Shown: positions 1 through 9,700 of the stretch, in pieces
Layout: each line of letters opens with the position of its first letter
Position numbering within the stretch: position 1 is the first letter of the stretch
Origin: Auanema rhodensis
Taxonomy: Eukaryota > Animalia > Nematoda
Direction of reading: 5' to 3'
NCBI GenBank assembly: GCA_964057225.1
Contig: OZ059898.1
Coordinates: 19,592,001-19,656,000 of the forward strand
DNA length: 64,000 nt
Position numbers and translations under genes: made by a program
Notes under the pieces: model-generated
The model's database searches: none
The model's input: only the letters and a program-made list of their open reading frames with translations
Told to the model about the DNA's origin: nothing

Positions 1-4
1 CTTG

Positions 5-83
5 AAAAAAGGAATCTAAAAACATCTACTTTTTGCTAAATTATTTCGAAATTTTTCGAAAAAATTTTTGTCAAAATGTTTTG
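5..83. other. Phased A/T-tract segment (predicted intrinsically curved DNA), in every monomer
   Basis: A6 (5-10), A5 (18-22), T5 (30-34), aaattttt (49-56), aaaaaattttt (59-69), A4 (73-76), T4-5 (79-83). CTA occurs at 16, 26 and 36 and YG at 47 and 57, an exact 10 bp spacing. Curvature itself is inferred. Confidence 0.7.
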
Positions 84-89
84 GAAGCA

Positions 90-117
90 ATGTTGAGTGT
101 ACATGGAAACTCAACAT
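90..117. repeat. Inverted repeat H1 (present in every monomer): 9 bp perfect stem, 10 nt loop
   Basis: atgttgagt (90-98) / gtacatggaa / actcaacat (109-117); the arms are exact reverse complements. Confidence 0.95.
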
Positions 118-200
118 ACACTAATGCATCATTTTTCAAACGATCATAACTAATTTTTGTATTAAGCGTTTCTCAAAGTAGTATAGTGCATTCGATGCGG

Positions 201-251
201 ATTTTTAAGCTGCGTCGATCTGTGTTATCAGATTTGCGCTAGCTTAAAAAT
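201..251. repeat. Inverted repeat H2 (present in every monomer): long imperfect hairpin
   Basis: atttttaagct (201-211) pairs with agcttaaaaat (241-251). Inside, gcg (212-214) pairs with cgc (237-239) and atctg (218-222) with cagat (229-233), closing a tgttat loop. Flanking gtgcatt (186-192) is also complementary to aatgcac (249-255). Confidence 0.93.
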
Positions 252-268
252 GCACCGAGATATCAACT

Positions 269-290
269 GATATAAGTTCACACTTATATC
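269..290. repeat. Inverted repeat H3 (present in every monomer): 9 bp perfect stem, 4 nt polymorphic loop
   Basis: gatataagt (269-277) / tcac or ttac / acttatatc (282-290). Flanking cgag (256-259) pairs with ctcg (291-294). An overlapping alternative pairing is atatca (260-265) with tgatat (268-273). Confidence 0.95.
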
Positions 291-350
291 CTCGATTTTC
301 ACCCTGAAGAATTAATTTTTTTGTTGAATAACATTGTCCATCGTGTTTGC

Positions 351-701
351 CTTGAAAAAAGGAATCTAAAAACATCTACTTTTTGCTAAATCATTTTAAA
401 ATTTTTTGAAAAAATTTTTGTCAAAATGTTTTTGGAAGCAATGTTGAGTGTACATGGAAACTCAACATACACTAATGCATCATTTTTCAAACGATCATAA
501 CTAATTTTTGTATTAAGCGTTTCTCAAAGTAGTATAGTGCATTCGATGCGGATTTTTAAGCTGCGTCGATCTGTGTTATCAGATTTGCGCTAGCTTAAAA
601 ATGCACCGAGATATCAACTGATATAAGTTCACACTTATATCCTCGATTTTCACCCTGAAGAATTAATTTTTTTGTTGAATAACATTGTCCATCGTTTTTG
701 C
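351..701 (+). repeat. Representative 351 bp monomer (phase arbitrary)
   Basis: One full period between consecutive cttgaaaaaagg motifs. 350 bp variants have aaaatgttttgg (T4) instead of aaaatgtttttgg (T5). 352 bp variants have ctacttttttgc (T6; units at 26659, 28063, 30169, 31573, 34028, 35432). Confidence 0.97.
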
Positions 702-3700
702 CTTGAAAAAAGGAATCTAAAAACATCTACTTTTTGCTAAATTATTTCGAAATTTTTTGAAAAAATTTTTGTCAAAATGTTTTTGGAAGCAATGTTGAGT
801 GTACATGGAAACTCAACATACACTAATGCATCATTTTTCAAACGATCATAACTAATTTTTGTATAAAGCGTTTTTCAATGTAGTATAGTGCATTCGATGC
901 GGATTTTTAAGCTGCGTCGATCTGTGTTATCAGATTTGCGCTAGCTTAAAAATGCACCGAGATATCAACTGATATAAGTTTACACTTATATCCTCGATTT
1001 TCACCCTGAAGAACTAATTTTTTCGTTGAAAAACATTGTCCATCGTGTTTGCCTTGAAAAAAGGAATCTAAAAACATCTACTTTTTGCTAAATTATTTCG
1101 AAATTTTTTGAAAAAATTTTTGTCAAAATGTTTTGGAAGCAATGTTGAGTGTACATGGAAACTCAACATACACTAATGCATCATTTTTCAAACAATCATA
1201 ACTAATTTTTGTATTAAGCGTTTCTCAAAGTAGTATAGTGCATTCGATGCGGATTTTTAAGCTGCGTCGATCTGTGTTATCAGATTTGCGCTAGCTTAAA
1301 AATGCACCGAGATATCAACTGATATAAGTTCACACTTATATCCTCGATTTTCACCCTGAAGAATTAATTTTTTTGTCGAATAACATTGTCCATCGTTTTT
1401 GCCTTGAAAAAAGGAATCTAAAAACATCTACTTTTTGCTAAATTATTTTGAAATTTTTTGAAAAAATTTTTGTCAAAATGTTTTTGGAAGCAATGTTGAG
1501 TGTACATGGAAACTCAACATACACTAATGCATCATTTTTCAAACGATCATAACTAATTTTTGTATAAAGCGTTTTTCAATGTAGTATAGTGCATTCGATG
1601 CGGATTTTTAAGCTGCGTCGATCTGTGTTATCAGATTTGCGCTAGCTTAAAAATGCACCGAGATATCAACTGATATAAGTTTACACTTATATCCTCGATT
1701 TTCACCCTGAAGAACTAATTTTTTCGTTGAAAAACATTGTCCATCGTGTTTGCCTTGAAAAAAGGAATCTAAAAACATCTACTTTTTGCTAAATTATTTC
1801 GAAATTTTTTGAAAAAATTTTTGTCAAAATGTTTTGGAAGCAATGTTGAGTGTACATGGAAACTCAACATACACTAATGCATCATTTTTCAAACAATCAT
1901 AACTAATTTTTGTATTAAGCGTTTCTCAAAGTAGTATAGTGCATTCGATGCGGATTTTTAAGCTGCGTCGATCTGTGTTATCAGATTTGCGCTAGCTTAA
2001 AAATGCACCGAGATATCAACTGATATAAGTTTACACTTATATCCTCGATTTTCACCCTGAAGAATTAATTTTTTTGTTGAATAACATTGTCCATCGTGTT
2101 TGCCTTGAAAAAAGGAATCTAAAAACATCTACTTTTTGCTAAATCATTTTAAAATTTTTTGAAAAAATTTTTGTCAAAATGTTTTTGGAAGCAATGTTGA
2201 GTGTACATGGAAACTCAACATACACTAATGCATCATTTTTCAAACGATCATAACTAATTTTTTTATTAAGCGTTTCTCAAAGTAGTATAGTGCATTCGAT
2301 GCGGATTTTTAAGCTGCGTCGATCTGTGTTATCAGATTTGCGCTAGCTTAAAAATGCACCGAGATATCAACTGATATAAGTTCACACTTATATCCTCGAT
2401 TTTCACCCTGAAGAATTAATTTTTTTGTTGAATAACATTGTCCATCGTCTTTGCCTTGAAAAAAAGAATCTAAAAACATCTACTTTTTGCTAAATTATTT
2501 TGAAATTTTTTGAAAAAATTTTTGTCAAAATGTTTTTGGAAGCAATGTTGAGTGTACATGGAAACTCAACATACACTAATGCATCATTTTTCAAACGATC
2601 ATAACTAATTTTTGTATAAAGCGTTTTTCAATGTAGTATAGTGCATTCGATGCGGATTTTTAAGCTGCGTCGATCTTTGTTATCAGATTTGCGCTAGCTT
2701 AAAAATGCACCGAGATATCAACTGATATAAGTTTACACTTATATCCTCGATTTTCACCCTGAAGAATTAATTTTTTTGTTGAATAACATTGTCCATCGTG
2801 TTTGCCTTGAAAAAAGGAATCTAAAAACATCTACTTTTTGCTAAATCATTTTAAAATTTTTTGAAAAAATTTTTGTCAAAATGTTTTTGGAAGCAATGTT
2901 GAGTGTACATGGAAACTCAACATACACTAATGCATCATTTTTCAAACGATCATAACTAATTTTTGTATTAAGCGTTTCTCAAAGTAGTATAGTGCATTCG
3001 ATGCGGATTTTTAAGCTGCGTCGATCTGTGTTATCAGATTTGCGCTAGCTTAAAAATGCACCGAGATATCAACTGATATAAGTTCACACTTATATCCTCG
3101 ATTTTCACCCTGAAGAATTAATTTTTTTGTTGAATAACATTGTCCATCGTTTTTGCCTTGAAAAAAGGAATCTAAAAACATCTACTTTTTGCTAAATTAT
3201 TTTGAAATTTTTTGAAAAAATTTTTGTCAAAATGTTTTTGGAAGCAATGTTGAGTGTACATGGAAACTCAACATACACTAATGCATCATTTTTCAAACGA
3301 TCATAACTAATTTTTGTATAAAGCGTTTCTCAAAGTAGTATAGTGCATTCGATGCGGATTTTTAAGCTGCGTCGATCTGTGTTATCAGATTTGCGCTAGC
3401 TTAAAAATGCACCGAGATATCAACTGATATAAGTTTACACTTATATCCTCGATTTTCACCCTGAAGAACTAATTTTTTCGTTGAAAAACATTGTCCATCG
3501 TGTTTGCCTTGAAAAAAGGAATCTAAAAACATCTACTTTTTGCTAAATTATTTCGAAATTTTTCGAAAAAATTTTTGTCAAAATGTTTTGGAAGCAATGT
3601 TGAGTGTACATGGAAACTCAACATACACTAATGCATCATTTTTCAAACAATCATAACTAATTTTTGTATTAAGCGTTTCTCAATGTAGTATAGTGCATTC

Positions 3701-6700
3701 GATGCGGATTTTTAAGCTGCGTCGATCTGTGTTATCAGATTTGCGCTAGCTTAAAAATGCACCGAGATATCAACTGATATAAGTTTACACTTATATCCTC
3801 GATTTTCACCCTGAAGAACTAATTTTTTCGTTGAAAAACATTGTCCATCGTGTTTGCCTTGAAAAAAGGAATCTAAAAACATCTACTTTTTGCTAAATTA
3901 TTTCGAAATTTTTCGAAAAAATTTTTGTCAAAATGTTTTTGGAAGCAATGTTGAGTGTACATGGAAACTCAACATACACTAATGCATCATTTTTCAAACG
4001 ATCATAACTAATTTTTGTATTAAGCGTTTCTCAAAGTAGTATAGTGCATTCGATGCGGATTTTTAAGCTGCGTTGATCTGTGTTATCAGATTTGCGCTAG
4101 CTTAAAAATGCACCGAGATATCAACTGATATAAGTTTACTTTTATATCCTCGATTTTCACCCTGAAGAACTAATTTTTTCGTTGAAAAACATTGTCCATC
4201 GTGTTTGCCTTGAAAAAAGGAATCTAAAAACATCTACTTTTTGCTAAATTATTTCGAAATTTTTCGAAAAAATTTTTGTCAAAATGTTTTGGAAGCAATG
4301 TTGAGTGTACATGGAAACTCAACATACACTAATGCATCATTTTTCAAACGATCATAACTAATTTTTGTATTAAGCGTTTCTCAAAGTAGTATAGTGCATT
4401 CGATGCGGATTTTTAAGCTGCGTCGATCTGTGTTATCAGATTTGCGCTAGCTTAAAAATGCACCGAGATATCAACTGATATAAGTTCAAACTTATATCCT
4501 CGATTTTCACCCTGAAGAATTAATTTTTTTGTTGAATAACATTGTCCATCGTGTTTGCCTTGAAAAAAGGAATCTAAAAACATCTACTTTTTGCTAAATC
4601 ATTTTAAAATTTTTTGAAAAAATTTTTGTCAAAATGTTTTTGGAAGCAATGTTGAGTGTACATGGAAACTCAACATACACTAATGCATCATTTTTCAAAC
4701 GATCATAACTAATTTTTGTATTAAGCGTTTCTCAAAGTAGTATAGTGCATTCGATGCGGATTTTTAAGCTGCGTCGATCTGTGTTATCAGATTTGCGCTA
4801 GCTTAAAAATGCACCGAGATATCAACTGATATAAGTTCACACTTATATCCTCGATTTTCACCCTGAAGAATTAATTTTTTTGTTGAATAACATTGTCCAT
4901 CGTCTTTGCCTTGAAAAAAAGAATCTAAAAACATCTACTTTTTGCTAAATTATTTTGAAATTTTTTGAAAAAATTTTTGTCAAAATGTTTTTGGAAGCAA
5001 TGTTGAGTGTACATGGAAACTCAACATACACTAATGCATCATTTTTCAAACGATCATAACTAATTTTTGTATTAAGCGTTTCTCAAAGTAGTATAGTGCA
5101 TTCGATGCGGATTTTTAAGCTGCGTCGATCTGTGTTATCAGATTTGCGCTAGCTTAAAAATGCACCGAGATATCAACTGATATAAGTTCACACTTATATC
5201 CTCGATTTTCACCCTGAAGAATTAATTTTTTTGTTGAATAACATTGTCCATCGTTTTTGCCTTGAAAAAAGGAATCTAAAAACATCTACTTTTTGCTAAA
5301 TTATTTTGAAATTTTTTGAAAAAATTTTTGTCAAAATGTTTTTGGAAGCAATGTTGAGTGTACATGGAAACTCAACATACACTAATGCATCATTTTTCAA
5401 ACGATCATAACTAATTTTTGTATAAAGCGTTTTTCAATGTAGTATAGTGCATTCGATGCGGATTTTTAAGCTGCGTTGATCTGTGTTATCAGATTTGCGC
5501 TAGCTTAAAAATGCACCGAGATATCAACTGATATAAGTTTACACTTATATCCTCGATTTTCACCCTGAAGAACTAATTTTTTCGTTGAAAAACATTGTCC
5601 ATCGTGTTTGCCTTGAAAAAAGGAATCTAAAAACATCTACTTTTTGCTAAATTATTTCGAAATTTTTCGAAAAAATTTTTGTCAAAATGTTTTGGAAGCA
5701 ATGTTGAGTGTACATGGAAACTCAACATACACTAATGCATCATTTTTCAAACAATCATAACTAATTTTTGTATTAGGCGTTTCTCAATGTAGTATAGTGC
5801 ATTCGATGCGGATTTTTAAGCTGCGTCGATCTGTGTTATCAGATTTGCGCTAGCTTAAAAATGCACCGAGATATCAACTGATATAAGTTCACACTTATAT
5901 CCTCGATTTTCACCCTGAAGAATTAATTTTTTTGTTGAATAACATTGTCCATCGTTTTTGCCTTGAAAAAAGGAATCTAAAAACATCTACTTTTTGCTAA
6001 ATTATTCTGAAATTTTTTGAAAAAATTTTTGTCAAAATGTTTTTGGAAGCAATGTTGAGTGTACATGGAAACTCAACATACACTAATGCATCATTTTTCA
6101 AACGATCATAACTAATTTTTTTATTAAGCGTTTCTCAAAGTAGTATAGTGCATTCGATGCGGATTTTTAAGCTGCGTCGATCTGTGTTATCAGATTTGCG
6201 CTAGCTTAAAAATGCACCGAGATATCAACTGATATAAGTTTACACTTATATCCTCAATTTTCACCCTGAAGAACTAATTTTTTCGTTGAAAAACATTGTC
6301 CATCGTGTTTGCCTTGAAAAAAGGAATCTAAAAACATCTACTTTTTGCTAAATTATTTCGAAATTTTTCGAAAAAATTTTTGTCAAAATGTTTTTGGAAG
6401 CAATGTTGAGTGTACATGGAAACTCAACATACACTAATGCATCATTTTTCAAACGATCATAACTAATTTTTGTATTAAGCGTTTCTCAAAGTAGTATAGT
6501 GCATTCGATGCGGATTTTTAAGCTGCGTTGATCTGTGTTATCAGATTTGCGCTAGCTTAAAAATGCACCGAGATATCAACTGATATAAGTTTACACTTAT
6601 ATCCTCGATTTTCACCCTGAAGAACTAATTTTTTCGTTGAAAAACATTGTCCATCGTGTTTGCCTTGAAAAAAGGAATCTAAAAACATCTACTTTTTGCT

Positions 6701-9700
6701 AAATTATTTCGAAATTTTTCGAAAAAATTTTTGTCAAAATGTTTTGGAAGCAATGTTGAGTGTACATGGAAACTCAACATACACTAATGCATCATTTTTC
6801 AAACGATCATAACTAATTTTTGTATTAAGCGTTTCTCAAAGTAGTATAGTGCATTCGATGCGGATTTTTAAGCTGCGTCGATCTGTGTTATCAGATTTGC
6901 GCTAGCTTAAAAATGCACCGAGATATCAACTGATATAAGTTCACACTTATATCCTCGATTTTCACCCTGAAGAATTAATTTTTTTGTTGAATAACATTGT
7001 CCATCGTGTTTGCCTTGAAAAAAGGAATCTAAAAACATCTACTTTTTGCTAAATCATTTTAAAATTTTTTGAAAAAATTTTTGTCAAAATGTTTTTGGAA
7101 GCAATGTTGAGTGTACATGGAAACTCAACATACACTAATGCATCATTTTTCAAACGATCATAACTAATTTTTGTATTAAGCGTTTCTCAAAGTAGTATAG
7201 TGCATTCGATGCGGATTTTTAAGCTGCGTCGATCTGTGTTATCAGATTTGCGCTAGCTTAAAAATGCACCGAGATATCAACTGATATAAGTTCACACTTA
7301 TATCCTCGATTTTCACCCTGAAGAATTAATTTTTTTGTTGAATAACATTGTCCATCGTTTTTGCCTTGAAAAAAGGAATCTAAAAACATCTACTTTTTGC
7401 TAAATTATTCTGAAATTTTTTGAAAAAATTTTTGTCAAAATGTTTTTGGAAGCAATGTTGAGTGTACATGGAAACTCAACATACACTAATGCATCATTTT
7501 TCAAACGATCATAACTAATTTTTGTATAAAGCGTTTTTCAATGTAGTATAGTGCATTCGATGCGGATTTTTAAGCTGCGTCGATCTGTGTTATCAGATTT
7601 GCGCTAGCTTAAAAATGCACCGAGATATCAACTGATATAAGTTTACACTTATATCCTCGATTTTCACCCTGAAGAACTAATTTTTTCGTTGAAAAACATT
7701 GTCCATCGTGTTTGCCTTGAAAAAAGGAATCTAAAAACATCTACTTTTTGCTAAATTATTTCGAAATTTTTTGAAAAAATTTTTGTCAAAATGTTTTGGA
7801 AGCAATGTTGAGTGTACATGGAAACTCAACATACACTAATGCATCATTTTTCAAACAATCATAACTAATTTTTGTATTAAGCGTTTCTCAAAGTAGTATA
7901 GTGCATTCGATGCGGATTTTTAAGCTGCGTCGATCTGTGTTATCAGATTTGCGCTAGCTTAAAAATGCACCGAGATATCAACTGATATAAGTTCACACTT
8001 ATATCCTCGATTTTCACCCTGAAGAATTAATTTTTTTGTCGAATAACATTGTCCATCGTTTTTGCCTTGAAAAAAGGAATCTAAAAACATCTACTTTTTG
8101 CTAAATTATTTTGAAATTTTTTGAAAAAATTTTTGTCAAAATGTTTTTGGAAGCAATGTTGAGTGTACATGGAAACTCAACATACACTAATGCATCATTT
8201 TTCAAACGATCATAACTAATTTTTGTATAAAGCGTTTTTCAATGTAGTATAGTGCATTCGATGCGGATTTTTAAGCTGCGTCGATCTGTGTTATCAGATT
8301 TGCGCTAGCTTAAAAATGCACCGAGATATCAACTGATATAAGTTTACACTTATATCCTCGATTTTCACCCTGAAGAACTAATTTTTTCGTTGAAAAACAT
8401 TGTCCATCGTGTTTGCCTTGAAAAAAGGAATCTAAAAACATCTACTTTTTGCTAAATTATTTCGAAATTTTTTGAAAAAATTTTTGTCAAAATGTTTTGG
8501 AAGCAATGTTGAGTGTACATGGAAACTCAACATACACTAATGCATCATTTTTCAAACAATCATAACTAATTTTTGTATTAAGCGTTTCTCAAAGTAGTAT
8601 AGTGCATTCGATGCGGATTTTTAAGCTGCGTCGATCTGTGTTATCAGATTTGCGCTAGCTTAAAAATGCACCGAGATATCAACTGATATAAGTTTACACT
8701 TATATCCTCGATTTTCACCCTGAAGAATTAATTTTTTTGTTGAATAACATTGTCCATCGTGTTTGCCTTGAAAAAAGGAATCTAAAAACATCTACTTTTT
8801 GCTAAATCATTTTAAAATTTTTTGAAAAAATTTTTGTCAAAATGTTTTTGGAAGCAATGTTGAGTGTACATGGAAACTCAACATACACTAATGCATCATT
8901 TTTCAAACGATCATAACTAATTTTTTTATTAAGCGTTTCTCAAAGTAGTATAGTGCATTCGATGCGGATTTTTAAGCTGCGTCGATCTGTGTTATCAGAT
9001 TTGCGCTAGCTTAAAAATGCACCGAGATATCAACTGATATAAGTTCACACTTATATCCTCGATTTTCACCCTGAAGAATTAATTTTTTTGTTGAATAACA
9101 TTGTCCATCGTCTTTGCCTTGAAAAAAAGAATCTAAAAACATCTACTTTTTGCTAAATTATTTTGAAATTTTTTGAAAAAATTTTTGTCAAAATGTTTTT
9201 GGAAGCAATGTTGAGTGTACATGGAAACTCAACATACACTAATGCATCATTTTTCAAACGATCATAACTAATTTTTGTATAAAGCGTTTTTCAATGTAGT
9301 ATAGTGCATTCGATGCGGATTTTTAAGCTGCGTCGATCTTTGTTATCAGATTTGCGCTAGCTTAAAAATGCACCGAGATATCAACTGATATAAGTTTACA
9401 CTTATATCCTCGATTTTCACCCTGAAGAATTAATTTTTTTGTTGAATAACATTGTCCATCGTGTTTGCCTTGAAAAAAGGAATCTAAAAACATCTACTTT
9501 TTGCTAAATCATTTTAAAATTTTTTGAAAAAATTTTTGTCAAAATGTTTTTGGAAGCAATGTTGAGTGTACATGGAAACTCAACATACACTAATGCATCA
9601 TTTTTCAAACGATCATAACTAATTTTTGTATTAAGCGTTTCTCAAAGTAGTATAGTGCATTCGATGCGGATTTTTAAGCTGCGTCGATCTGTGTTATCAG

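Noticed and set aside
269-300. Rho-independent terminator (H3 hairpin followed by tttt)
   Set aside because: The stem is AT-rich, the T-run is short and separated from the stem, and there is no upstream gene; the context is satellite DNA.
1-350. Tandem 5S rRNA, tRNA, snRNA or spliced-leader gene array
   Set aside because: I recognise no 5S or snRNA sequence, no tRNA cloverleaf and no Pol III A/B box on either strand.
1-350. Assignment to a known 350-360 bp satellite (Drosophila 1.688/359 bp, Tribolium TCAST, Pimelia PIM357)
   Set aside because: Only length and AT richness are similar. It does not match the 1.688 consensus as I recall it, and I cannot verify the others without a BLAST or Dfam search.
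426-500. Short ORF MFLEAMLSVHGNSTYTNASFFKRS* repeated in 351 bp monomers
   Set aside because: It is only 24 codons with no recognisable similarity. The first ATG is frameshifted in the common 350 bp variant, and such an ORF is expected by chance.
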